A stretch of 63,399 bases of DNA, filler included, from Perkinsus chesapeaki ATCC PRA-425 (GCA_013115145.1; 12 parts of 12 records of this genome joined end to end with filler, not necessarily neighbours in it), one strand, 5' to 3'. Numbered from the whole stretch's first letter, positions 38,481 to 51,974 are shown. Made by a program: numbers and translations. The notes: a model not told the origin generated them from the sequence alone.

Positions 38481-40935
38481 TTGGGAGCTGCCTTGAGATA
38501 GGTTAACTATTGTACACGTGTTGAGGGAAGATTACGGGAGACTCTGAGAAAGAAGAAAACATTGAAGATCAAGAATTGTGAAATATAGCTTTCTACACAC
38601 GGTGATGGTCTTATACTGTGTCATGATGAGCCCAGGGGCGCACATGTACTTGAGTCGCATGTGGTTTCGATCGCTGATAGTTCATATTATATAATTTCAT
38701 AACGCATCTCCAAGGGGCCCTATATCTGGTAAAGCAAAGAGTTACTATTCCTCCAAAAGGCGGCATCCATGCCGTACCCAACTTGCCCAACTTCAAGGGT
38801 AGACTAAACAGACTGTCTGATACATAGTGTGAAGTCAGCAGTCCAACAACAGTGATCCACCCAGCCCGATATCACCTGCTGAAAGCTACGGCCATGTTGT
38901 TAGTCGTCGAGGTATAAAAGAGCTTACACTTGCTGTCGGTATTGGGTCATTAACAACATAATAATAATCATTTCGAAGCTACTCAAAACGTATCATGTGT
39001 CGATGCAACTGTGCGGGACAGTTCTAGAAAGTGATTGCTATTGCCGAAGCTGCCTATATAGGAAAGCGGTAGCCTTTGCAACCTGCACGCAAGCGCCTGT
39101 CCCAGGTTCGAACCCCAGCCGAGCACTTTCCAAAAAATCTTCCGACTGCAAATGGACTATTGAGAAGTGTTTAAGCGCACCGCCCGTACATCACTCCCCA
39201 CTGGGACCGGAAAAGGCATTCGCTAGCTCCAACCGGTCTACTAAAATCAAATGTTGACTTCTCGTTTTGTACATTTTGTCCTCATCTGTTCAGTGGTTAA
39301 CTTCTGATCTATTTAGGCTCAGGCGTACATACGTTGGGACCGCCGACCCATCTGTTCTTAATCGATCAATTACAAGGTTGTTATTCTGCATAAGAGCTTC
39401 GCTATCTTATGAAGCAGCCAAGGAAGGGCCACCGGTGTGTTAGATTATCCTCAATTAGTGTCCCATGTTACATCTCTCTGTATAATGTCAGCAACGCTCT
39501 CCGATGTTTCCGATCAGCCACGTTTCGAGGGGCATTCAGCATCATTTGTGATCATCGCGATCTGGCTACTCTGTCTATCAGCAGGCTGGTAATAAAAGGG
39601 TGGCTAACTTCGGCAAAGCAACTAGTAACCGAGAGAGAATCAGTCTCTGCTCTTCTGTGGCAAAAATTAACGTGACACCTTTAATATGAAGGTACTCATA
39701 TAGAGCTTTTAAGTTAAATAATAGCTGCTTAAGTTGAGGTTGTGTTGATATTACATACATCTTTGGAAGCTTGGATCTTATCATGACTAATGAACAATCC
39801 ATTATCATAGAAATTTTTCCATGCTCGAGAGATGGCATCTCCTGCAATCCCCTCCAGTCTTGGGAATAGGGTCATTTTTGGTACATTTCCACCGTTGAAA
39901 TGTGGCATCGGACTCCCTGTGGACTTTTCACTACAGAAAGGCTTTAATACAGCGGTAAGCCGTCCGCTTGCAAATCAGAAAGTCCGGGCAGAACTCCTCT
40001 GAATGTGGTGATAACACCGCCTTGGTCATTCACAGCGGAAATTCGAATGCTCAATTCTCTATGAACTATTGTAGCTGTAGAGACAATAACATTCCACCTC
40101 CGCATAGCTCCTCCTGTTTCAACTGTGTCTAGCTAGATCGTCAATCTGCAACTGGAACTAGCTTGTCGGATTCAAGGCTGTAGAATTAGTTTCATGTTGA
40201 TTGGTGGGCAGAGATGTCCTCAGTCGTCTGTGTTCTGGGAGCTACGGTGTTTGTTAATATTAGTATAACTAGGTTGCTGACGTCCGACTGGTGTGTTATT
40301 GTCGCTAATCTCCCATGGGTGCCGCCGCTCCAGATCTGTACGTGTCAAGATCTGTCAGACTGATACTCAACAGACTGATACTGCGAATAAAATCCTGATA
40401 ATTTGTTAAGATGTTCCGTTCATTCTCTTGACGCAACTCGTTGATGGATGCAGGCATAATGAATGAGTGAGTAGNNNNNNNNNNNNNNNNNNNNNNNNNN
40501 NNNNNNNNNNNNNNNNNNTTAATTAATTAANNNNNNNNNNNNNNNNNNNNNNNNNNNNNNNNNNNNNNNNNNNNCGCCCACTAGTCTATGGCGAGCTATG
40601 GCTAGCTACGGTAGGTGAGCTATCTTGGCTAGCTATCGTGAGCTCACAGAGAAAGTGTTCCATTGTGACTTTTCATAGAACTGATTCGACCGCACTCACT
40701 CAAGACATGATGAATCTTCCTCCTCACAAAATTGCATGCTCACGACCTTCACTTTATGACTCACCTTGTTCTTCGCTGTTGCTACCAACGAGGCAGCAGC
40801 TTCCATTAAAAGTACACTGAACGCAAGTCGACACTTCAGTGACAACTAATAAGGACAAATATAATCCAAAGACAACAAGATGCATGTTTCCAAGGGCATG
40901 CGCTATAATCTCAGCCCGTACAAAATATAATGCTT

Positions 40936-41571
40936 CTACTGAGTTGCAGCCCTAGCGCGAGTTCCAGCGGCTTCATTGCCAATAACGGTCTTCAAGTCAC
41001 TCGCCAGCTCTTTACGGATCTTAGTCGGGAGAGCCAATCTTTTGGAACCAGACAGGAATGTCACCGACTGCAAGGTCAGTCGAATCCTTGCTGATTTTTT
41101 AAAGAGCACTGATGAAAATCTGGGGCGTTTCGCAGTAAGACCGCAGCACAGAATGTTGCTGAACCGCAAGCGTTTCACAGTGCTTCTACGGGAAGTTCGC
41201 GCGGTGCTCGGGCGGCACACACCAGCATCGACCGTACTAAGATTTTGTCCCGCTTCTTTGTGTTTTCGATAATACTCAAATGATAGACATTCGACCGAGC
41301 TCACGCGCTCATTGGGGTCCTTAACGAGCATGTGAGAGATCAGATCTTCGAGGTCAGGGTCGAATTTCCGCATCGCCGATTTGGGAAAACGTAAAGGTTT
41401 CGATAGATCGCTAAGCCATCTGAAGTACTCGAGGGCGCGATTACGGCGACCGACGAGAGATGCTAGGACCGATGCTGTGGGGCACACACCTGAAGGAAGG
41501 GGAAAAGCGTTGATCATATTGGTGAAGAGTAATATAATAGTACACAAATATAAATGTGACCTATTTCGCAT
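40936..41571 (-). CDS. Ser/Thr protein kinase C-terminal lobe (5' part lost at repeat/gap)
   Basis: DLEDLISHMLVKDPNERVSSVECLSFEYY matches kinase subdomain XI; preceded by LFTNMINAFPLP. Confidence 0.6.
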   Translation of the reverse strand: MRNRSHLYLCTIILLFTNMINAFPLPSGVCPTASVLASLVGRRNRALEYFRWLSDLSKPLRFPKSAMRKFDPDLEDLISHMLVKDPNERVSSVECLSFEYYRKHKEAGQNLSTVDAGVCRPSTARTSRRSTVKRLRFSNILCCGLTAKRPRFSSVLFKKSARIRLTLQSVTFLSGSKRLALPTKIRKELASDLKTVIGNEAAGTRARAATQ

Positions 41572-41629
41572 CTTACCAGCTTCGACCTTAGATATTTATC
41601 GAATATGCTCGCTCACGGGAGACTGATGC

Positions 41630-41717
41630 GAAGATATGATGGAAAGTTTGATAGGAAATATGTTACTAGTGATACAGAGGAGGAGATATAATAGAAAGGA
41701 GTTTGATAGGAAATATG
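41630..41717 (-). repeat. Same 55-bp repeat family as 23054-23210, in reverse orientation, running into a gap
   Basis: ttgataggaaatatgttactagtgatacagaggaggagatataatagaaaggagtttgataggaaatatg is the reverse complement of the unit with one difference. Confidence 0.9.
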
Positions 41718-43399
41718 NNNNNNNNNNNNNNNNNNNNNNNNNNNNNNNNNNNNNNNNNNNNTTAATTAATTAANNNNNNNNNNNNNNNNNNNNNNNNNNN
41801 NNNNNNNNNNNNNNNNNGGAGTGCCTAACCTCCCTTGTGGGTGCGTTAGACCTCTATGGAGTGCCTAACCTTCACCTAAGACTTCCATCTAGTCTCTGTC
41901 TCAGGTTCTGGCGATATGTACTACGGAGCGTTGCGCTTTAGATGTATACTTTGTCAAGTCTGTGAGATTGGCACCCATGCAATATTCATGAATGATAAGA
42001 GCATTGTGTTTGTAACATATCAATTATCTAATTGTCGCATAATGCGACAATAAACATAATGCGATGTCATCAATGATCGATGATATCTGTGTAGACAGCG
42101 TGTTTATCCAAGTTCTATTCCATGAAACCATCCAGTTCGAGTGCTCGGCGTAGACGACGTGCTAAAAGGACCAGAGAAAACCTGTGGACGAAAGCTTCGG
42201 ATGAGGTAGTAGCCTGGAATTACAGTGACTTCAGTTGAGTGGGAATCTCCCGCAGCGTCGAATTCTTTCGTAAACATAGTAATTTTCATGTGAACTACAT
42301 TTGAGGAAAATGCGCAACCTGATTTTGTACCCTCTTTTGAGTTGGTTTGGACCCCTTGAACTTATGCTCAGCTCAAGCCCCAGACCGATAGTATGCAGCT
42401 CCAGATGGCGCGGTCACTGGGACCAGAATCCGAATCGGTAAGATTGTGCTTAGCCAACCCGTTCGGATCTCGTGTTATTTTGGAATAGCTTCCTTTAAAG
42501 CGCGCTAGGCCGTTCGACTCCAACGAGTCCATGGACATCATTGCAAGAAGAGAGTTGGAGAAAGTGAAGGTAACAGGTGAAATCAATCTCAGTGCTGGGG
42601 AAACTCGGCAGTGTGAGCCTCGCATATACTACTCATGGTTGTTCTTAGGACGAGCTACATCTTTCAAAAACAGCAGAGATAAAACTTCGTCAAGAAATAT
42701 TAGACCAAAGAGTAAACGCGCCTCTTGTCCAGAGAAGTTATTTCTAGCAGGATGCTCACAATGCCATCCTCACGGAGTTGCAAAGCAAAATGAAACAAAC
42801 CCAAGCAGAATTGCAAACGGAAAAGGTATAGAGTATTATGCATCTTGTAGAAGTCTTTGCTCAGAGCAATCACCAAGCTGCTGTGAAGCTCGCTGAGGAC
42901 AAGATTAAGCAGGTTCAAGCCGGATTTCTCCAGGAAAATGTATGGCCACCACCAACGATTAGATGTCAACGACATCATGTCGTTGATTCAATGAATCCGG
43001 TTCCTGTAGGACGCTCACCAGCATGTTGTCAGCACTCTGGAAATGAAGCTTGAAAAAGCCGCAAGAGAGCTGCAAGAGAAGGAGGTACGAAATAGGGAAT
43101 AATCTTAAAGATTATGATAAAGTTTATCAAAATGGCGTTTTCGCCTATTCTAGAATGCTCACAAATCTGAGATGGAATGCTGGAAAAGCCAAATTGAACA
43201 TGCTCAAACTGAGTTGGAACAGGAGAAGGTACAAGGGGGGCCTTGGAGGGGTTGGAGTTCATTGACGATACTTGATTTTCATTTAGAATGCTCACAACAG
43301 GGATATAGATGATCTTGGTAGAAAGGCTGGCGAGGCCGCGAAGGAGCTAGAAAGGGAGAAGGTAAGATGAGGTGTCTACCAAGTAGACTGTAGTTGTCG

Positions 43400-44070
43400 T
43401 TCATGCGTGTAGAGTGTGCACAGGGCTGAAGTGGAGAAGTTGGAAAAAGTAACTCATCAAGATAAGGTCGGATACAACCGGGTGCCACACGGCGGGTGCA
43501 TAGCACCTATTCATATTGCGGATTCGTTATTAAAACATAATTACCATACTCCAGGGTTTTCCAACCGGGAAATTCGGAAATTTTTCGAACAGTACTGATT
43601 TCGGTTTCTCAATGAAGTACTGTCAAAGAGACATAAGTTTTGTGAGTTGCAATGAAGATATAGTACACTTTCAGGAAGAGTTGAAAAAACAAGCAGCGCA
43701 TATTGAGGACCTGACAGAGGAAGTGAAGGATTTGAAGAGCGAGGTAATGTAAGTCAGAAATGCAGTCCGTCATTGAGATGATATAGGTTTTCCAAAACAA
43801 GGCTGAAGAGGCCTCTAAGGAAGAGTTGCGGAATAAAGTAGGCTGGCATTCTTGGCTCAGCGATTTATCTAAAATTGGGTTTTCACTGATCAGATTGCGT
43901 CGCTTAACGAGGAGCTATTAGAAGCCCTGGCAGTTACCAGTGATCTACGCACCGAATTGTTGAACGCCAACCGCGAGGTAGAATTGTACAAGGTTGGGTT
44001 GCAGGCCTTTGCACAGGCTAAGAGCAGCAGTGACAAGGTAGGACCGAGGGATTGTGGGGAATCGCACGCA
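43400..44070 (+). CDS. Multi-exon coiled-coil protein fragments
   Basis: Short GT-AG-bounded exons: EELKKQAAHIEDLTEEVKDLKSE; IASLNEELLEALAVTSDLRTELLNANREVELYK. Confidence 0.35.
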
Positions 44071-44246
44071 GAGTGAAATGGGGTCTTCGAGCAGTCCGAC
44101 GAACACTCAAGAGCATTTAGGCTCCTGAGCTTGAATTATTCAGTGTTGATCTGATTACAGTTTACTAAATGTTCTTAAAAAGGACTCTTGAAATCCTTTT
44201 ACGGTTTCGCCTCACGTCGTCGGAGTGACGGTTCTTTACAAATTTT

Positions 44247-44336
44247 CTGGGGATCCCCAGTGATCTGTGCAGCACAGATCACTGAGGAAAATCGATCACT
44301 GAGGAGCACAGACTGTGCTTCTCAGCGATCGATTTT
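44247..44336. repeat. Chain of three adjacent palindromes
   Basis: 44247-44260 is a perfect 14-mer; 44258-44284 is perfect 13+1+13; 44288-44336 is 24+1+24 with two differences. Confidence 0.93.
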
Positions 44337-44407
44337 TTTTACGTAATCTGAACAATGCATACAGTAGTCGTCATCTAAAACGCGCGCTTCTTGACAATTC
44401 GTTCACT

Positions 44408-44505
44408 NNNNNNNNNNNNNNNNNNNNNNNNNNNNNNNNNNNNNNNNNNNNNNNNNNNNNNNNNNNNNNNNNNNNNNNNNNNNNNNNNNNNNNNNNNNNN
44501 NNNNN
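44408..44505. other. 98-N scaffold gap with duplicated flanks
   Basis: About 75 bp before the gap (44332-44407) reappears immediately after it (44506-44580). Confidence 0.9.
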
Positions 44506-46162
44506 ATTTTTTTACGTAATCTGAACAATGCATACAGTAGTCGTCATCTAAAACGCGCGCTTCTTGACAATTCGTTCACTCTTTAAGTACAACGAGTTTT
44601 CACTTAATTCCTTCACTATGTACCTTAGAAATGTTCTTCATTATGTAATCCAAGTTGCCGAATCCAAACTCCCGAAATACTTGTTATGTGTATTCTCGAC
44701 CCCCTGCGCGCATTCTCAAGTTAAGAATCTTAACTACTATGGCCCATCTCAGGCGCGCTTGCTATACTCATGTACTCCACGGCCTGGAAATTCCAGGCTG
44801 GAATGGAGCATACTCATATAGGATGAGTCTTGCCGGGGTGGTACAAGGGCCATATTGTTGGGATTCGGCAACTTGGCTTACATAATAAAGAACATTTCCA
44901 AGGCATATAATGAAGGAAAGTGAGAACCTCATTATTAGAGCTATTGTTATGTAATCGATCTTTGGTCACCCGCCCTACTCCCACTCGTAATACACAACTC
45001 TACTCCTATAATATCTATTTCACATCACCTGTACCATTCTGTCTTTAGCTGTGCGTTCTCCGTGATACGAGTTTACCTTCCCATTGTATATAGTATCTAA
45101 TTCGCGGACGGACAGGCAGAATTTTATATATTATAAATAAGACCGTCGAATGATTTTAGTTCAGGCAGGTTGTTTTTGTTAGACTCCTACCGATCTTGCT
45201 CGGCCCGTCAATGACATGGCAAACGAATCTATGTCCGAATCTAGCAAGGCAGTGACAAAGACAGACCAGCACGCAGGTAAACTCATGGAACCTGCGAGAT
45301 CCACAGTTACTAGAGCTGGTAATGTCATAGTAAATGTTGGAGACTGAATTCCGATTTTGTATTCTAGAGGGTGCTGCGAGTAACCCTGGGCACGTCAGCA
45401 ACGGTAAAATGTACAGTTGGAGTGGTAGCAAGACATTTGCATGCCGAATTGTGTCGAAGAGTGAAGAAATATTGCAAATTAAAAATGCATATAATATATG
45501 CCTATCTTTCGACATACTTTTCAGTATGGAAACTGGTGCGAAACCAGTGAAGTACAACCAGGAAGCGTTGCAGATCCGGGGAGGGAAAACCCAGGGAGTG
45601 GAAATCTGTACCTGGGTGAGGAAGAAGGATTGGTACAAAGATATCTCCAACATCATAGTCCGTAGACTGCATCAGTCTCCCGGGATTGAGGAAGAGGACA
45701 TACTCCTTGCTTACCCTACCACGCAGGACACTCCGACCCCCTCGCGACGGAATGCCCCTAGAAGCTGTCGAAAATCTAAAATGGGCCCGGCTAGCACTCT
45801 CGATTGATAAGATCGCCTGCACCGAATGATTTGAGAATTCGGTTCGAACTTGCATTTTTCATTTCATAAGCCCCGGGTTGCGTCAAAGTATTCGTCAATT
45901 CACTGGGGTGGGGGGGGGGTCGATTTGTCGTTTCCCTGGAAAGGGAGCGCCCAGTAGTAGCGAACTAAAGGAGTTTCCAAACTTGGTCAAGTTACCGAAG
46001 TAACATGCAAAAAATTGAATCTTTATGGGATTATCACCTGTGCCTTGTAGTTGTAGCTGTAGTTTCACTTAGAATTCCACGTGGTTCACTATGCGTGAAC
46101 TTCATACCCTGGAGCGTAGTACCTCGTAGTGTACAAGTTTTATTTGTGAACTCAGAACCCTA

Positions 46163-46542
46163 ATGCCAGCGTACGAGTGGGAAGTCGTTTGGAAGGGGAA
46201 GGCCTCAACTGAGGCCGATCCGTTCGATGACGCTATAGCCTCAATAAACATCAGCTTCCCGGTCTGCAAGTACGGGACGTCTAGTTCGCATCTTCAACGC
46301 TATCGTTGCGCGAAGCACGAAAAATGTGAGCTCAAATACAAGGTGCTTATCAAGGGAGCTGAGATTGAGGTGCACCAGACGGGTAATTCTTAGAACTCTG
46401 TATCGTTTGAGAGTAATATACAATTAGGCCGGCACTCGGAAGAAGTTAGAGAGCGAGTAAGGCAGCGACATCCTCCCATAGTTCGGAAATATATCGACCG
46501 GGAAGCGCGGAAAGGTGTGAAACCTACCAATATCAAAGCCAC
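46163..46542 (+). mobile_element. MULE/Mutator-like transposase N-terminus (WRKY/GCM1-type zinc domain) with a 45-nt intron; truncated by the gap
   Basis: YRCAKHEKCELKYKV..HQTG, intron 46383-46427 (GT..AG, contains an in-frame TAG), then RHSEE..VRKYIDREARKGVKPTNIK. Confidence 0.5.
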
Positions 46543-47957
46543 NNNNNNNNNNNNNNNNNNNNNNNNNNNNNNNNNNNNNNNNNNNNTTAATTAATTAANN
46601 NNNNNNNNNNNNNNNNNNNNNNNNNNNNNNNNNNNNNNNNNNAGCTATTATACACTCTAGCATACTAGCACTATTTTACTACTTGCTCAGTTGCTCTTTC
46701 GTAACGGAGCCGTTTGCAAGCTCATGGGTGGTTGCGCTAAAAATATAACAAAAATGTCACCTCCCGGGATCGAACCTTCGCCTTCGAAACTACGGTATTT
46801 CCAAAAGATCGGCTTGAACAACCGATTACGCGTCTCTGGTACGCTCGTAGAGTTAGGAGAATCGGCAAGACACCATAGCTATGGCGATAAGGCTCTAGGC
46901 ATATCCCCCTTGAAGTGATCTCCAGTTTAAGATACTGTCTGTGCTAGACAGCCCAGTGTCCCCGCCGATGGACTTCCCAGTATATTAAAGCGCTGACTGA
47001 GCTTGTGGTACATTTCACAGTCCAGTTACGTATCTTTGCATCATTCGATAAGTGTTGATATCGAACTATTACCTCTTATCATGTAATATCTAAAGTTCGG
47101 GTTAGATTGCGGAACTTGCACGCACATACAACAACACTGTCACATTGTAATTGTGACGGGTGAAAGTACTTTTCCGGGGCAGAAGTGCGTTTTACAGGGC
47201 ATCAGTACTCGCTCGCCCAAGGAGGCAATTCACAAGAAAGTGTATTACGTTGACGGGCACGACTTCCCGCATTTTCGGGGCAAGAAGGCCTGCTGCCCCG
47301 AAAATGCGGAACACTGAGTATTGAAAAGTTAACCAAAGCTCAGTAGATTGCTAGCGAGAATTCCTTAAACCCAAAACTCGATGAAGTATGTGACAGTCAT
47401 TTTGCTTACATGGCGAACGAAACCTGTGCCCTGGGAATTGGATTAATGTCCTGTGAAAAAGAATTTACCCTAACTGTGACCGTTGCAAACTGCAACTTGC
47501 ACTTAGCCGAATCTCACAGTAACCACGGAGACTGCATCACGCTGTCTCAAATGTTACGGTCGAACGTCTCAATCTGATTGTGTGATTTGTCCCTATCTGC
47601 AACCACGATATCGAAGATCGACGAGCTCTGACCATTCCCGGACGGGGGCCTTCAAGAAGATTAAAGCCACCCCGTAAAACGAGGGCTTAAGACTGCCTAG
47701 TAGCAAGAGGCGAGGCTAGTGAAACCAGCATGACCATCGTATGTTGTGATGGACAGAAATTAGGCCTATCGAACTCGTGTGGTCGAATGAAAATGTACCC
47801 TGCTGTGACGGATTGTCCACTGACTCGGTGAGCCTGGGTAGCGGAACTGATCAGTTCAACCTGAACGGGACTGCTACGTGCCTAATAATCGGTCTGTACT
47901 GGCCTTACAGTACCAATTTGGTCATTCAATCAAAATGAGGTATGGCGCCAACTGATC

Positions 47958-48020
47958 CGGTATGCTACCAGTACATTACCTACCTTACAGTAAGGTAGGT
48001 AATGTACTGGTAGCATACCG
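47958..48020. repeat. Perfect 63-nt palindrome (31+1+31)
   Basis: cggtatgctaccagtacattacctaccttac-a-gtaaggtaggtaatgtactggtagcataccg; arms checked base by base. Confidence 0.98.
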
Positions 48021-51000
48021 AAGATGAGTAACTCATCTTACCGTGACGTTGGTGATTCATGTCAATTTGGCAAACCAAGGAATGCTGTTTGAGCAGGGAG
48101 CCTGCTCTTGGTCGGTTTTATGGTATTACCATGGTGTTACTAACACCTTTGAGCATTAAATACCCATTGTGTGTGAATTATCCAAGGCGAACTTCGTAAG
48201 TTTCTGAAGTTTCGGAAAGTAATGGAGATTTGGTCATCTGAACTCCACGTTGCTCATTTGAGTGTTCTTGGCTGGGTATTTCCCATGTTCTTCTTCTTGT
48301 TATGTTCTTCAACTTTCCCTTGAGCTCGGCTGCAGTTTTGCTGACAGTGTGCAAGTGTGGTAACAATCCGAGAGTACAATGTGTCTTCTCGCACTGAAGG
48401 AACGGGCGAGAAGGTGTCTTATTATATATCACACGATAGATGCTAAGCCTTTAGGGCCAGGTTGGCCCGGCCAACTTCGTTGACCGCTGCCTCCCCCCAG
48501 TACACATATTGGTTACTTCAAGTAGCTGACTTGCTTCTCACTGGGAAGTTGGCAGCATGTCACGTCTTCTTACAACCCCTCTAAGGAACCCTAGAACCAC
48601 TAGGAACAAGCAAAGAGCAAGCAAGCACCCTTACCATATGAACGGATCTTCAAAGGCGCTCAGTACACGTGAGGAGAAAACTTAGTTTGACAAACCTCGA
48701 GGAGTTCGGAACAGACACTGAGCAACCATCATGTATAGCAGAGGTTTTAGTGTAGAATATCTTCTCATCTTTAATGAGTGTTAACATGTTAACGCATGTT
48801 AAATACCGATGCGAATGGGCGCGGCACACAGCGCGCTTTCGCGACACAATATCGTATCATCCGTGGTGCGCAGCTCATCGTCTGCGTGCGGTTTCGCGAA
48901 ACGGCTCGCGGCAACCGGTATCGTGGTCAGTCGCTTCCCGATAACTGTCGCCGCTTGCGACTTATTTTATCCCATCCCTCCGCTCCCGGGAGCAAGCATC
49001 GGTTGGTCCGCCGACGGTGCGCCAAGTCGGCCGAATTTGTCAGCGACAAATTGTCGCGCCGCGCCGCCGGAACGTAATCGACGCGGCCCCCTATGGGGTA
49101 CGTTTGTTGGACCGACTCGATGCTTCGAGGGCTAGGCTCGGCTGTCGCCCAAGCCTACCAGCCCACCAGACCCACGCGCCCAGGAGCGGGATATTTAATA
49201 AGAAGCTAGCAACATGATCATACTCATGGCATAGATCACATGCCTCCTGTCTTCAACCTGGTGAGTCCTTAACTCAAGTCGAATGATGATAGAAAGATTA
49301 ACTAGTTGGTTAAGAGTATCGAACGATACTATACTGGTTAGCAGGATGAGATGAAACCTATGGGAAGCAAGAGCGCGGAACGGCGCTACTTTTTACATAT
49401 CTTGAAGAAGCATCTCAGCAATGCGAACAAATACCTTATCAGAAGGCGTTGTGTCACGTCTCGCTACTTGTTGGCCTGTGACAAGGTTGCAGGCTGAATT
49501 GCCACCCATAGGCGACGGATGGTACGCCCTGGGGGGTATGAGTGATACCGGGGGACGCACTGTTATAATGCCAGCATTAACAGCAAGTATAGCAGCTTGA
49601 AAGCCAGGAGGGAGCTTCTGGAAACCACAACACTCACGCTTGTTTGAGCCGTGAGATTTAGACTTCGCCTGTGGATAAGAAAGAGAATGATCAATAGATA
49701 TTCTCGAGCTCACATTTATTCTTGATGATAGAACAGCCTGGTACTTCCTCCTACCAATTGCGTCTTTGGGGCAAATGTCGAGTTTACTTCTACGATGAAC
49801 GTTGGAGCCTGTGGTAGTTGTAGAGGACATTACAACACTATAGTATACGGTCCGTATCTCTCAAGGGAAATACTCAAGATGTAATGCGAAGGAGTTCGGC
49901 GATGTCTATCCTGCCCGCGTACCGTGTTTGCTTAGCGAACAAGACTTAGCTAATATGGAACATTTACGAAGGCTGACACTTTAAACTTATCAACCTACAG
50001 TCGAGCGTTATGAAGGATCTTACAAGCACTCACACTAGCGTAGTCAAGTTCGAGTTGCATTATGAGTGGCTCCAACTCATGGTGCCGTAGAAGAACACGA
50101 CGCCGATGGGTGCTGATGTTCCCACAAGGAATGCTTTCAATGATTAACTTTAATCTACGAAGATATTCTCGATCGAAATGTCGCTCGTATTTCCTCATTG
50201 GGGACCCTTTTCGATCTTAGACGAACCTCTTTGTGTGAAGCTTCCCTGTCTCTAGCCAGCATTTCATTCCAGTGGGGATACGAGCTACATCATAGACCAA
50301 TCATTGGGCTCCAATGGAGTATATAGCGACCAACTTAGCTATTGCCTAGCACTGCATTGCCTTGCGGCGTGGGGCCTACGTTCAACTCCGGTAGAACTGT
50401 TGTAATGCTGCATGCTTTATAGATGCGAGCATATTTATCCCCAAATAGAACCAGGCTCGGTTCTCGTACTGTACGAGCCGAAGGTGAGCGCCGGTGAATA
50501 CAGCCGGCGTCGTGATAACGATTCATACGCATGAAAATGTACGCCCGAGATTTGGTCCACATAGATATGGCACACATGCTGCACCAGAGAGCAAGCTGCT
50601 AGCACTTCTTTGCAAGATTCTTACCGGTTTCCCCGGTAGATCGTTCTGTGTGCACTCGTTGAAAATGGGATCCCTTCTGTGGCGTAGAGTCTATGCTTGT
50701 CCCGACCTGCGACTTCCCGCAAGCTGGCCGAACTGGACCAAAACGACTACGCATTTCCATGTTGCCAGCGTTCGCCACCGAAGAAGCTTATCGCTTCGAA
50801 TAAACAAGATACTCGGCTTGAACAACTAGAATCAGATTACAGTCTACCAAATCGAAATATCTCATCGTAAGATTCCTATCGCACGCGTATGCATTTTGTA
50901 CGAACCTTTCGTATGAGGGCCTTTGGTTGACGACTGGTCCAGCAGTGCTGTAACAGCACGAGTCCGCTTCCGCTGCGAATTATCCGCTGAGGGGAGTCTC

Positions 51001-51819
51001 CGTAGCATCAAACTGTTTTCTTGTGTCGCACATTGCTTTCGCAGAAACTCACGCTACCCAACTTTGATTGGCCCAGTACAGAGGCACGTGGCCCACATGG
51101 TCGAAATGAGATTTGATTTGAATTAGTGTCGATGCCCCCACTGTAGAATTGGTTCCCAGGAATGCTCGATGTGATCACCACACCTCAACCATTAGTGATG
51201 CCGTCTAGTCTAACAAATTGTGCGGCGAGGGGGGTTCGAGGCGCCTCACCAATATTCGGCGAGGCATTGGATTTCGCAGCGAATTTTTTTCGCTACCGCG
51301 TTAATCACGAAGACGGACTAACGGTCCACAGGCAAGATACTAAGAGCTGAGTGGGGTGCAAGTTGCACCGTTCAACCCTGCTTGTGACGAGCATGGTTGC
51401 ACGGGATAGGTGCCCATCCCTTGTGACAAGCAGCTTGTCACGGCCTTGGTGAAGATCTCTAAGGTGACGTGCACTTTTCCAAGAAGCTTACGTGGGACTT
51501 GGGATTTCTCACCTGCACCAATCGATAGGATTATTTCTTCTCGCGAGTGGGTTGGGATTGTAACCTTTTGTTCCTTAGTTTGTTGCTCCGCCTTCGCCAA
51601 AAAACCCACTCATTTTTTGCGCAGGTTCGACTCCCACCGATGTGTTTTTGTGAGGGTGTGATGTTGTCGGACGGAGCGAAGCGGGACAGCGTTCGCACAA
51701 TTGTGTCAAAGATACTCTTNNNNNNNNNNNNNNNNNNNNNNNNNNNNNNNNNNNNNNNNNNNNTTAATTAATTAANNNNNNNNNNNNNNNNNNNNNNNNN
51801 NNNNNNNNNNNNNNNNNNN

Positions 51820-51890
<71 letters not shown>
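51820..51890 (+). repeat. (AAT)n microsatellite at a contig start
   Basis: Uninterrupted AAT run. Confidence 0.97.
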
Positions 51891-51891
<1 letters not shown>

Positions 51892-51974
51892 CGGTATTAT
51901 TATCATGTATAGTTATTATCAATAATGATGATCATGTCATCATCATCTAATAATAATAATATATTAACTGATAT

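Noticed and set aside
39050-39130. tRNA-like stretch with GGTTCGAACCC
   Set aside because: The T-stem and acceptor stem do not pair; at most a SINE or pseudo-tRNA remnant.
40585-40640. Partial SL-like words (ACCGTAGC on minus, TATCTTGGCT on plus)
   Set aside because: Short matches in a TAGC-rich imperfect direct repeat, in inconsistent orientations.
44332-44580. ~75-bp direct repeat flanking a gap
   Set aside because: Most simply unmerged overlapping contig ends.
46755-46800. Minus-strand GGTTCGATCCC B-box followed by a T run
   Set aside because: No cloverleaf can be built and the T-stem has three mismatches.
50600-51609. C2-domain-like peptides (RDPIFNE; LLGKVHVTL)
   Set aside because: Too short, interrupted by stops and in an order that does not fit one domain.
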